A stretch of 64,000 nt of DNA, taken from the NCBI GenBank assembly GCA_019058315.1, contig JAHPZH010000004.1, forward strand, positions 32,001 through 96,000, written 5' to 3'. The notes beneath the pieces were generated by a model. It did no database searches. It was not told the origin of the DNA and worked only from the letters and a program-made list of their open reading frames with translations. This DNA comes from Candidatus Helarchaeota archaeon. Its GTDB lineage: Archaea > Asgardarchaeota > Lokiarchaeia > Helarchaeales > RDOG01. This document shows, in pieces, positions 9,848 to 19,656 of this stretch. Made by a program: the position numbers and the translations under genes. Every line of letters starts with the position of its first letter. Within the stretch, counting starts at the first letter, position 1.

Positions 9848-10846
9848 TTATTTCTTCCATTCGTTGCCGCAATTCATACATTTGAACTTTGTTGCGTAGA
9901 CGGGAGCACCAGCAGCCATATAGAGGATTTTAGTTCTATCCTTTTCTTGTTTAAGTCTTTTTGATCCACATCTTGGACATGCATAAATTCCAGAAGCACC
10001 CCAAGGCACTGTGGTTGTTACTGTCTTTCCCGAAGCTTCTGCTTCAGCAATTTCTTCCGCAGTAGGTTCTGGTGGTCGCAACTGTTCTAATTCTTGTTCG
10101 AGTTCACCAATTCTGTTATCTGCTTCTTCTAATTTTGAATTCAATTCAGAAATTGTGTTATCTCGTTCACTTAATTGCTCAGTCATATTTTCTAGAGAAG
10201 CAAGTTTTGATTCAAGTTCAGATATTGTACTATCTTTTTCTTCAACAGCACTTGAGAGACCTTCAGATTGTCCAGCAAGTTTTTCTAATTCTGTAACTCT
10301 GGTTTCAGCAATTTCAAGTTTCTTAGCTTTTTCTTCAAGATCACTTATCTTAGTTTCCAATTCAGTAATCTTTCCGTCTTTATCTGCTAGACCTTCTGCT
10401 GATTTAGTATTTGCTTCTTCTAATTTCGAGTTTATGTCAGAGAGTTCTTGTTCTTTTTCACTAATTAATTTAGAAAGATTTTCACTATCTGCTTCTAAAG
10501 AGGTGACTTCGCTTTCTTTTGCTTTTAAATTTTCTTCAGTAGTGGCTAATTTACCTTTAACTTCCTCTAACTCGTCTCTTATATTGTTCAGAAGATTTTT
10601 AGTAGAACCAAGGTCTTCTTCAAGACCTTTATTTTTATTGATTTTATCTTCCAATTCTGTGTTTAAGGTTTCAATTCGTAATTCAGCTGAGCTTAATTTG
10701 GATTCTGTTTGCTCTTTCTCACCTTTGGTTTTTTCAAGTTCTGCTTCTAAAGTTTCTATTCTTTTTCTTGTATCCAATAAATATTGACCTACAACTTTTA
10801 CAGCTTTATCTGGCTTTTCTTCAACTTTTGCCCATTCAATTGCCAT
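9848..10846 (-). CDS. Long coiled-coil protein with C-terminal Zn ribbon
   Basis: About 230 aa of E/K/L heptads; CPRCGS...CMNCGNEW. Confidence 0.85.
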   Translation of the reverse strand: MAIEWAKVEEKPDKAVKVVGQYLLDTRKRIETLEAELEKTKGEKEQTESKLSSAELRIETLNTELEDKINKNKGLEEDLGSTKNLLNNIRDELEEVKGKLATTEENLKAKESEVTSLEADSENLSKLISEKEQELSDINSKLEEANTKSAEGLADKDGKITELETKISDLEEKAKKLEIAETRVTELEKLAGQSEGLSSAVEEKDSTISELESKLASLENMTEQLSERDNTISELNSKLEEADNRIGELEQELEQLRPPEPTAEEIAEAEASGKTVTTTVPWGASGIYACPRCGSKRLKQEKDRTKILYMAAGAPVYATKFKCMNCGNEWKK

Positions 10847-11137
10847 GCTTCAATACCTCATTTATCATAATTAAATTTTATATTAATATCAAATGAGACT
10901 TATCATACTATTTGGTTTTACAATATTTATAACTTGACAAAAATATTTCGAAAAAATATCATAAATTTTTACTCTAGTAATTTCAAATTTTGGGTAATTA
11001 ATAGTAAAAACAAATTGATTTTCATATAAAAAATAAAATTTTATTATTTTTTTTTATTCATATGAAATTAAATTAACATTTACTAAAAATAAAATAGAAA
11101 AAGAATTAAGAAACTAAAAAAAATGGGAAAATTTTAG

Positions 11138-12481
11138 TTATTTTTCTTTGGTCATATCAATTACACGATCTATTTTATGAAAAATGACTGGTAGTTCGCC
11201 TAATGTAACGAATTCAATTTTTGTTTTTACTCCAAATTCATTTTCTATTCCCTTTTCAAGTCTATGTCTTAATTCCTCAGTATCTTTTGTAGAAGTAGGG
11301 TCATATGTCGTTTTAATCCAGAGTTGATCTAATTCCCCTTTCTTATCTATAACAAATGAGAATTGACTTGTGTACATTTCAGGTATAGTCTTAAAATATT
11401 CTTCAATATCAAATGGGGTGATATGCTTCTGTTTTGCTCCTTTTACAGTTAATAGATATTTTCTTCTCGTGATTTGCCAAGCCCGTCCATGGGTTCTCCC
11501 ACAATCACATTTTTCAACCTCAATTTTGCCAATGTCATCTGTAGCAAATCTAACTAATGGCATAGCTTCATGAATTAACCCAGTCAAAGTCAACTCGCCT
11601 AATTCACCAGGACCGATTCGTTCACCTGTATTAGCGTCTAAAACTTCTGTATAAATCATATCTTCCCACCAATGGAGACCATTCATAGCTTGACACTCAT
11701 TTAAAACCCACCATAGATCTCCGAGTCCGCCATGACTATAATGTGCCCCTCCTAACTCATCTATAAAATGTTTCCTTAGTTTAGGGGTCATAATATCGCC
11801 GGTATGTGTTGTAATTCTATCAGCCATATAATCTTTTGGGTCTATTCCTCTATCTTTTAGTATTTGTTCGAGCGCCAAGCTTGCATCAACGGCTGAATAT
11901 GAATAAGATGTTGTCTCTCTCTTAAAAAAATCGATGGCATCAATCATTCGGCCAACATCTAATGGACTTGGAAAACCTGTGCCCCAACGCTTTAGACCTA
12001 ATAAATCAAATGCTCTATTTAGCCCTACTATATATGCATGCCAAGGGATAGTTAAGAGTGATGTGGTCATACCTGGACGAACACCAATTCCCCAAAGGTG
12101 TCTACAGAACATTTCAGTAATATTTTTAATATCTGTATTTGTAAATCCTATATAGGTGCTATCTCCCGAAGTTCCTGTTGAAATTCGATTCTCTATGGAA
12201 ATTTTCTCTTCTACACAAAGTGTCTGGCCCCAAGGATCGCCAGTCCTATTCCTATTTTCTCTAATTTGATCTTTGTTATTTATTGGGAATTTTATTAGAT
12301 CATCAAAATTACGAATATCGGCTGGTTTAAGAGAAGCTTCTTCCATTATTTTATGATAATAAGGAGAACGGTTATAGATTCTATTTATTTGTGCCCTTAA
12401 TAGTCTTTCTTGAATTTCAATAAGTTCTTTTTTAGGAAGTTGTTCAATTCGGGGGTTCCAAAACTCAACCATTCTCATCAC
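11138..12481 (-). CDS. Phenylacetate-CoA ligase family (PaaK-like) adenylate-forming enzyme
   Basis: STGTSG loop, ECQAMNGLH, GELTLT, MPLVRFATDD, CDCGRTH. Confidence 0.9.
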   Translation of the reverse strand: MMRMVEFWNPRIEQLPKKELIEIQERLLRAQINRIYNRSPYYHKIMEEASLKPADIRNFDDLIKFPINNKDQIRENRNRTGDPWGQTLCVEEKISIENRISTGTSGDSTYIGFTNTDIKNITEMFCRHLWGIGVRPGMTTSLLTIPWHAYIVGLNRAFDLLGLKRWGTGFPSPLDVGRMIDAIDFFKRETTSYSYSAVDASLALEQILKDRGIDPKDYMADRITTHTGDIMTPKLRKHFIDELGGAHYSHGGLGDLWWVLNECQAMNGLHWWEDMIYTEVLDANTGERIGPGELGELTLTGLIHEAMPLVRFATDDIGKIEVEKCDCGRTHGRAWQITRRKYLLTVKGAKQKHITPFDIEEYFKTIPEMYTSQFSFVIDKKGELDQLWIKTTYDPTSTKDTEELRHRLEKGIENEFGVKTKIEFVTLGELPVIFHKIDRVIDMTKEK

Positions 12482-13489
12482 CTACTTTAAAAATTTTATT
12501 CTCGCAATTGTTCTACCACAATCGCATTTTTCTACATTTTTTGAGGCATATAATGGTCTAGGGGGAGTATATCTTATACATGGACTAGCCTCTCTAGTAA
12601 TTGTAGTTACCAATAGTTGTCCTCTTTCCCCTTCAGCGACAAGCTCGTTTGTATTTTCAGGATCTACTATTTCAGCTATAAATGAATCTTGTGGATAATG
12701 CAGACCGTCGTGTTTTTCGCATTCACACGCATAAAATCCAGGAATGTTAATTTTACGAAAATTAAAGAATTCAGCGTTCTTCCACCCTTTCCTTTGTAAT
12801 TTTTCAGCCCTTTTTGTTTCCCATATTATATCATGAACCAAGACTTTTTGATAATTTAAGAAATGTGTTGCTTCATCAAAACCTGCTTTTTTAGCATGCT
12901 TGCTAGCCGCCATAAGCATTGCGAAAGGCGTAATAAGACAATTTGGTTTTAATCTCATAGAATCAACTATTCGAGGTATATCAATTTCTACGGCAAGACC
13001 ACCTAGATAACGACAACCTAGTTTTAATATTGCTTGGTAGATAGAATAAGTAATTGGATCCATTCCGAGGATAATAGCATGAACAAAATCTTCTTGTCGT
13101 ATTCCACAGCCGACTAACATACGTTTCAAAATATTAATTTCGGCTTGAAAATCATTTTCACTATACCCATAAAAAAAAGGGGATCCTTCAACATATGGAA
13201 ATTTATCATTAGAAAAGAGTTTCCAAATTTTATCCTCATCTATATTTTGCCTACCACCAAAAATATCTTTATTTTTAACAGTATTTTCTATAATAATCTC
13301 GTCAGTTAGCAATGGAAACTTTGTTAAATCCTCGATTTTTTTAATGTTCAGATCAGCTTTATTTTGATCAAATGATCTTTTATAGAGCGGACAGTTATTA
13401 TAAACCGTATTTAATTGCGTTTTTAGCCTATTTAATTGTAATTCTTGTAATTTTTCTTGAGGTAATGTTTCAATATTATTTAATATCAA
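12482..13489 (-). CDS. Degenerate PaaK-like protein (no P-loop, no C-terminal domain)
   Basis: CECEKHDGLH, GERGQLLVTT, PCIRY and CDCGRT are retained; the SGTTG loop is absent; abuts the paralog with 0-nt spacing. Confidence 0.8.
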   Translation of the reverse strand: MILNNIETLPQEKLQELQLNRLKTQLNTVYNNCPLYKRSFDQNKADLNIKKIEDLTKFPLLTDEIIIENTVKNKDIFGGRQNIDEDKIWKLFSNDKFPYVEGSPFFYGYSENDFQAEINILKRMLVGCGIRQEDFVHAIILGMDPITYSIYQAILKLGCRYLGGLAVEIDIPRIVDSMRLKPNCLITPFAMLMAASKHAKKAGFDEATHFLNYQKVLVHDIIWETKRAEKLQRKGWKNAEFFNFRKINIPGFYACECEKHDGLHYPQDSFIAEIVDPENTNELVAEGERGQLLVTTITREASPCIRYTPPRPLYASKNVEKCDCGRTIARIKFLK

Positions 13490-13660
13490 AGATTATCCCA
13501 CCATTTTACCAAATTTTTGTTTTATAATATGAAAAATTAAATTGATTTTATATTATATAGTTTTTAATTTATATTTTTTTAAAAAAATACTATTTTTCTT
13601 TTTAAAATAGAAAATAATTTCACAAAAATATTCTTATATTGGTCAAATTTATTATTAAAC

Positions 13661-13918
13661 ATGGTTAAACAGACTTCGTTATTTCCTGAAGATGATATTA
13701 GAAAGAAAATGAGTAGTAGAGCTGTAAAAAAGAAATTTAAAAAATTAGTTAAAAAAGAAGAAGAAATTAAACTTTCAGCACAATCTAAAAAGCCGAAACA
13801 AGAGATTTACAAATGTAAATGTGGCTTAAAAATGCATTGGAAAGTCGCAGAGGGAAGATCTGATGGTTGCCCCCAATGTAATAGACACATTCCGCTATCT
13901 GAAATTTTTGAGGAATAA
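13661..13918 (+). CDS. Small basic protein with C-terminal Zn finger
   Basis: CKCG...CPQC; 85 aa. Confidence 0.7.
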   Translation: MVKQTSLFPEDDIRKKMSSRAVKKKFKKLVKKEEEIKLSAQSKKPKQEIYKCKCGLKMHWKVAEGRSDGCPQCNRHIPLSEIFEE

Positions 13919-14047
13919 ATTTTTCTAGTTTATTCACATTTTGTATGCTTTAGAAAAAATCCTTAAAAATTCTTAAAACATTTAAACTTTATTGGTATTC
14001 TTTCCTAATTTAAAAATATCAAAAAAAAATTAAAATTTTAATTAAGT

Positions 14048-14410
14048 CTAATCTAATGAAAAATTTATATGACCGCAATATTCACATTTTGGTCCTTTCA
14101 ATCCTGGTGCATTGCAATACTTACAGGTATATTCTAATTCTTGTAAATTTCTCTGTAATGTAGTTTGACGTTGTTGATCTTTCAGTTTCGCTGCTTCTTC
14201 CTCTTTATCCTTTTTTCTCTGTTTTTCGGCACGTCTTTTAACCCATGGACTTCGAGGGTGTAAAAAATACCATAGTGATATACCAACAGCAACAACAATA
14301 GCTCCCACTATACCAGCAATTATGAAAAAATTAACTTCTTCTCGTTTTGCCATTTCAGCAATAATAAAATTTTTGATGTCATCTTCTGTAATATCGGTTA
14401 TTCTCGTCAC
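14048..14410 (-). CDS. Single-TM protein with C-terminal Zn ribbon (start uncertain)
   Basis: One TM helix, charged linker, CKYC...CEYCG. Confidence 0.65.
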   Translation of the reverse strand: MTRITDITEDDIKNFIIAEMAKREEVNFFIIAGIVGAIVVAVGISLWYFLHPRSPWVKRRAEKQRKKDKEEEAAKLKDQQRQTTLQRNLQELEYTCKYCNAPGLKGPKCEYCGHINFSLD

Positions 14411-14516
14411 CTAACAATTCAACTCCTTTGAAAAACATTTGTCAAGTCAATAATATGATATTAATTTACAATTTTCTTTGATTACTTTATCTTTATTTTA
14501 TAAATAAATTATTATA

Positions 14517-15077
14517 TTAAATCTTTTCCTTTTCGAATATTTTTTTAAATTTTTTTCCATTTTGGGCATATAATTGAGCCCCTAGAGACATTCTACTACT
14601 TTGCTTCTCTGTATATTTCTTCTTGGGTTTTGCAGATACTCCTCCACCAACAGCTAAGGTCCCAGGTTCAATAATAGTCTTCTCAGTGACTACGGCATTG
14701 GCTCCTACTACAGAACCATCACCGATTTCAGTGTGTGGGAGTACTGTTGCGTTGATTCCAATTGTAATTCTGTTACCGATTTTACAAGGACCATGGATCA
14801 TGCAATTATGACCTGCAATAACCTCATCACCGATTATTGCCGGGACAGTTCCTGGTTCACAGTGGATTGTAACGTTATCTTGAATGCTAGTATTTTTTCC
14901 TATTCGGATGGGGGCAAAATCTCCTCTAATTACTGCACCAAACCAAATATTTGATCCTTCACCAATTTCTACATCGCCGATTATTGTTGCATTTGGCGCA
15001 ACGAAAGCTTTCTCATGAATTTTAGGTGTTATTCCTTTTGGGTTTTTTATTATCATTTTTATCGCCTTTAATCGCAT
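14517..15077 (-). CDS. Gamma carbonic anhydrase family hexapeptide-repeat protein
   Basis: IIGDVEIG, IWFGAVIRGD, IQDNVTIH, GHNCMIHG (three metal-binding His). Confidence 0.92.
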   Translation of the reverse strand: MRLKAIKMIIKNPKGITPKIHEKAFVAPNATIIGDVEIGEGSNIWFGAVIRGDFAPIRIGKNTSIQDNVTIHCEPGTVPAIIGDEVIAGHNCMIHGPCKIGNRITIGINATVLPHTEIGDGSVVGANAVVTEKTIIEPGTLAVGGGVSAKPKKKYTEKQSSRMSLGAQLYAQNGKKFKKIFEKEKI

Positions 15078-15204
15078 TTTAATAATTTTATGATACTCAA
15101 CTACCTATAAAAAATAAACTTAAGGTAATTAGCTTTTAACTTATCCAAAAAATACAAATTTGATAAGTTTTCAGAAAAAAAAAGAATAAAAATATATTTG
15201 GTGT

Positions 15205-15453
15205 TTAATCTGCAACTAATACTATACCGCCTATTACACAAGCAGCGACTCCAGCCCATACCAGCATAAGATTACCATCTGGAACCATGAAAATTGCAAG
15301 TAGAAAACCAATACCTATGTCTCGAGAAACAAACAAAAAGATTACAGCGAAAAAGAACAATTTATCCATCTCACTATTAAAAGTGAGGATTCCAGCTGCT
15401 GCTATGGCTGCTCCAGCAAAAACTAAAATTATACCAATTGTACTTTGTTTCAT
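15205..15453 (-). CDS. Small hydrophobic membrane protein
   Basis: 82 aa, mostly hydrophobic, GAGG RBS. Confidence 0.65.
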   Translation of the reverse strand: MKQSTIGIILVFAGAAIAAAGILTFNSEMDKLFFFAVIFLFVSRDIGIGFLLAIFMVPDGNLMLVWAGVAACVIGGIVLVAD

Positions 15454-15604
15454 TTTTTAACCTCTTATAAATTTCTTAATTAGTTGTAATTATCTATTGA
15501 TAATTTATTTTTATTTTATTGTATAATTTTTAAATTTTTTTTATAAAAATAATAAAAAAAGAACTTTTAATAATAACGATATAAGCAATATTCTGATTTT
15601 ATTT

Positions 15605-16174
15605 TTATTTCCACCATTCATCGATATGGATGAGTTCAGAAGAATTTATTGTGAAATCATTTTTACCAAGATGATAAATTAATTTAGTCTTATTTAAATC
15701 ATAACCATTCTTCTCAATAGAAAATTCTTTTTTTATGTAACTATCTAGAACTTTTCCAAAAAATACGGTATGGTCTCCCGCTTTTACTTTATTGATGACT
15801 TGACATTCTAAGAATCCCACACATTCTTTAATAATTGGTGGTCGAACTTTATTTGCTCGTGATGGTGTGAGTGAAGTTGTTTCAAATTTATCGACATTTT
15901 TTCCAGAGTTTCTTCCACAGAATAAAACTTCTTTAATAATTTCTCTAGTAGGAACATTAATTACGTATTCTTCAACTTGATGCAGTAATTTATAACTATG
16001 TCGATTAGTATTAGCTATAGAAATAGCAACAATTGGGGGTTTAAATGATACATTCATGGTCCATGCCAAAGTAATAATATTAGGTTTTCCCTCATTATCA
16101 ATTGTTGTTACTAATACCACATTTCTAGGATAAATTGCCCTATAAGAGTCTATTTTTCTGGTTTCAAATTTCAT
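15605..16174 (-). CDS. Flavin reductase family (FMN-binding split barrel)
   Basis: YPRNVVLVTT, NIITLAW, SGKNVDKF, GDHTVFFG. Confidence 0.92.
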   Translation of the reverse strand: MKFETRKIDSYRAIYPRNVVLVTTIDNEGKPNIITLAWTMNVSFKPPIVAISIANTNRHSYKLLHQVEEYVINVPTREIIKEVLFCGRNSGKNVDKFETTSLTPSRANKVRPPIIKECVGFLECQVINKVKAGDHTVFFGKVLDSYIKKEFSIEKNGYDLNKTKLIYHLGKNDFTINSSELIHIDEWWK

Positions 16175-16305
16175 TAATCTTCACCTAGAGCTTTTTGGGC
16201 TACAAGAGCTATAACTTTATTTCGCATATCTTTATTTATATAACAATTTAAAAATTAAAGATTTCGAGGTCAAAAAATAAAAAATTAAAATATTAATAAA
16301 AAAAT

Positions 16306-17256
16306 TTACTTCTTTTTCGTTTCGTAGATGAGTCTGGCTAAATTCGTAAATGCATTTAAAACATTTTCTCCAGTTAGTGCAGAAGTTTCTATATATAAAT
16401 AACCTTTCTCCTTGGCGAATTTTTCAGCTTCATCTTTTTTGATTTTCCGCTGATCTACGAGGTCTATTTTGTTTCCAACCAGCAAAACTGGAATCGGTCC
16501 TACATTTGAATAAAGTTCATCAACCCATTTCGGAATATGTTCATAACTGGCAGCGTTTGTAACGTCAAAAACAACCAAACAGCCGCGAGCTTCTTTGTAA
16601 TACATCTTCCGGAGCCCTCCATACGCTTCCTGCCCTCCAGTATCCCAAACATTTAGTTTGGCAGTAATCTTTTCAACTCCTAGCATTGGATCTTCTCCGA
16701 AATAATCAAAATGAACTTCCTTTGAGCCAAAGTCTACTCCAAGAGTACTTTTTAGGTCCTTTTTAAAATAATCATCGGTAAATCTTACTTTAATCGCTGT
16801 TTTTCCTACGGTAGAGTCCCCAACTTCAATGATTTTATAATTGAAGACACTCCTTGCTACTTGTTGGGCTTCCTTTTTTGCCCATTCTTCGATTTTATCA
16901 CCTTTTATAAGATCTCCTAAATCAGCTTCCAGATTAGCAGGACTAACTATTAAAAAATACCCTTTATCATATGTTTGATCTAAATTCTTTAAAGCATCAG
17001 TGTTTATTTCCTTAATATTTCCAGAAACAGGACTATTAAGAGTTATCATTCCATTTACTATTGCAATTGAAGCAAAAGGTTTTCCTTTTTCAACTTTATT
17101 TTTAGTAAGAAATTCTATTTCTTTGGGTTTTCCAATAAAATCAATTCCTAATTCATCCAAACCGATTTTTCCATTTTCAGAATTAATATAGACATGCTGG
17201 GTTGTATAAGCTAACTCATCAGGAATTTTATATCGACCATCGCCAACAACAACCAT
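16306..17256 (-). CDS. Glycine-cleavage H-like domain fused to Rab-like small GTPase
   Basis: N-terminus PDELAYTTQHVY..KIGL..SPVSGNIKEIN..YDKGY (GcvH pattern); C-terminus GDSTVGKT, STLGVDF, WDTGGQE, NKID, ETSAL. Confidence 0.85.
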   Translation of the reverse strand: MVVVGDGRYKIPDELAYTTQHVYINSENGKIGLDELGIDFIGKPKEIEFLTKNKVEKGKPFASIAIVNGMITLNSPVSGNIKEINTDALKNLDQTYDKGYFLIVSPANLEADLGDLIKGDKIEEWAKKEAQQVARSVFNYKIIEVGDSTVGKTAIKVRFTDDYFKKDLKSTLGVDFGSKEVHFDYFGEDPMLGVEKITAKLNVWDTGGQEAYGGLRKMYYKEARGCLVVFDVTNAASYEHIPKWVDELYSNVGPIPVLLVGNKIDLVDQRKIKKDEAEKFAKEKGYLYIETSALTGENVLNAFTNLARLIYETKKK

Positions 17257-17456
17257 ATTTTCTACTCTCCGCTAATAAAATTTGGTTAATTTTTTTGTAA
17301 TTTATAGGATTTAAAATCAAGAAATTATATAAATTTTTTTTAAAAATTTAGGTTAAAAAATCCTTATAGCTTGAAATCATTAAATTTTAATAAAAATTAT
17401 TCTTAACGTTTTTTATATTTAATATTTGGCGATAAATTTAAAATATATAGGATTAT

Positions 17457-19544
17457 TTGACAATGAAAATAAAGGAGAATTTATTAAAGCTTAAAAATAT
17501 TCTTTTATTAATTGGATTGATTTTTATTGCTATTGGAGGCATTATCACACTAAATTTCAATTATGCAGAATCGCCAGCACACGAATATGATATCGATCTA
17601 TATACAATTGATCACCCAATTTATGATTTTTTACCAGTACGAATCGACTCTACTTTTTACTTCCCCAAAATGGAATATAATTGGTATTTATATTCCAAAA
17701 AAAATGATTTCAAAATGCCAGCAATAGTATTTGTTCATGGTTATGCTGCAGATAAAACTTTCTTTCGTGGACTGGCTCATGAGTTTGCAAAGCGGGGATT
17801 TTTTTGTATTTCAATTACCGCCAGAGGACATGGTGCATCAGGGGGAGTTGTCGGTTTGACTTGGGAGAATGAAACACTGACAGCCGTTGATTATCTTGAA
17901 CGATTAGCGGATTCAGGATTTCCAATTGACAAAAGTCGAATTGGTTTAATAGGGCATTCAATGGGGGCATTTTCAGTCACTCTCGCAGCAAGTATAGATC
18001 CTCGAATTAATGCCACAGTGGCAATTGGAGGACCTTTAGTAAATATAACACGTGGTTTTGGTTTTGCTGGAGTATTATCATTATGGGAACCAGAAAACAA
18101 CACCGATATAGTTCAGTTAATGAATTATTTCGATTTACGTACAATAACTTGTCTAATGCCGGGTCTTAATGTGTATATGCAATATCCTGTTTACATGAAA
18201 TGGGCTCTTGAAAATGCGGTAATTCAAGGTAGGGTAAATAGGACAAATCCAAATAATTATCTTAATATTATAGGTTCGGTTGATGAAGCTTTTTCTGTCT
18301 ATTCGGCTCAGGAAGTTTTATGGCATATGGGATTGAAGGGTCATCCTTATAACATTACCCACTATGTCCAAGTTTTACGAAACCATCTCTATGGGGATTT
18401 TAATGGGACCGCAAGAAAACTCACGGTCCTTCCTACTACAGATCATATAACAGAACATTTCCATCCGGCAAGTATCTATGAAACTCTTAACTGGATGGAG
18501 AAGTCTATGAAACTAACCCATCCCATTTATGGTGCGACAGAATATATGCTGTATCAAATTTTATTCCGTGATGCATTTGCTGAACAATTACGCTCGTCAT
18601 CACCGATATTTATGAGTCTAGGATTGATATTAACATTTATTCCGGTTTCAATTTATCTAGGGAATTGGTTAAGAAGTAAATACACAAAAGCAAAGCAAGC
18701 AAAAGAATTGGATAATAAGAAAATGTGGCTAATGTTCTTAATTTATGGTATAGCATTTTCAATAATTTCTTTACTCACAATGCCAGTTATTCAAACTTTA
18801 AATATTGTTCCTTGGACCGATTATCTCGGTTTTAACATGCTACACATGTTATTATTCGTTCAGGCAATATTATTTGCTCCAGTTTTAATTGTTCTGATGT
18901 TACTTGAACGTAAGATATTTAATGAGAATTTGGAAGATTTTGGAATGCACCCAAAAGCCTTCCCTAAAAGCGCATTATATGGAATTTTACTTGCTTTGTT
19001 CATTTTTTTAATTGCAAATTTAGGATCTACACCCACTCTGTACAACACTCTCCCAACTAGACCAGAAAGTTTCCTAGAAATCTTCCTATACATGCTGGTC
19101 GTGTTTACAGTTTTGGAAATTCTTTTCCGGGGACTCATCCAGACAAAATTATCCCGATATGAAAAAGTTGAATTAAAATACGTTTCAAAAATTCTACCCG
19201 CATGGAAAGAATTCCTCCTAAGTTCACTGGTAACCAGTATAATTCAGGGTATAGGTTTAGGAATTGTTGCTTCTATGTTTGTTGATTCATTATCTTTGAT
19301 CCCAATAAATACTCATACATTAAATCTTCTATTAGGTGGACAAACGCAATTAGTGATTCCTAATATTCCTCTTCCTTTGTTGATTATCGGTGATTGCATC
19401 GCGATATCCTTCGTACTTTCTCTTGCTATGAACTGGCTATATAGAAAATCAAGGAATGTCTTAGGCTTGATAATTTTTAGTGCTTTTATAATAAGTTGGG
19501 TTTCGACAGTTATAACACCTGTAATTTCGGGAAGCATAATTTAA
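17457..19544 (+). CDS. Membrane-anchored alpha/beta hydrolase with C-terminal multi-TM (CPBP/Abi-like) domain
   Basis: VHGY, RGHGAS, GHSMG nucleophile elbow, DE and DH residues; EILFRG in the TM domain. Confidence 0.85.
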   Translation: MTMKIKENLLKLKNILLLIGLIFIAIGGIITLNFNYAESPAHEYDIDLYTIDHPIYDFLPVRIDSTFYFPKMEYNWYLYSKKNDFKMPAIVFVHGYAADKTFFRGLAHEFAKRGFFCISITARGHGASGGVVGLTWENETLTAVDYLERLADSGFPIDKSRIGLIGHSMGAFSVTLAASIDPRINATVAIGGPLVNITRGFGFAGVLSLWEPENNTDIVQLMNYFDLRTITCLMPGLNVYMQYPVYMKWALENAVIQGRVNRTNPNNYLNIIGSVDEAFSVYSAQEVLWHMGLKGHPYNITHYVQVLRNHLYGDFNGTARKLTVLPTTDHITEHFHPASIYETLNWMEKSMKLTHPIYGATEYMLYQILFRDAFAEQLRSSSPIFMSLGLILTFIPVSIYLGNWLRSKYTKAKQAKELDNKKMWLMFLIYGIAFSIISLLTMPVIQTLNIVPWTDYLGFNMLHMLLFVQAILFAPVLIVLMLLERKIFNENLEDFGMHPKAFPKSALYGILLALFIFLIANLGSTPTLYNTLPTRPESFLEIFLYMLVVFTVLEILFRGLIQTKLSRYEKVELKYVSKILPAWKEFLLSSLVTSIIQGIGLGIVASMFVDSLSLIPINTHTLNLLLGGQTQLVIPNIPLPLLIIGDCIAISFVLSLAMNWLYRKSRNVLGLIIFSAFIISWVSTVITPVISGSII

Positions 19545-19656
19545 CTTCTACTTTTTTTGTTTCCAGAGCAATTAGTAACCATTTTCATTTTTTAAATAAA
19601 CTTTTTTAGATTGGCTTGCTTATTTATAAATACAATTTTAATAGTAGGGTGCTATT

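Noticed and set aside
10011-10787. 258-aa Ser-rich ORF on the + strand
   Set aside because: Antisense shadow of the Glu/Lys-rich coiled-coil gene.
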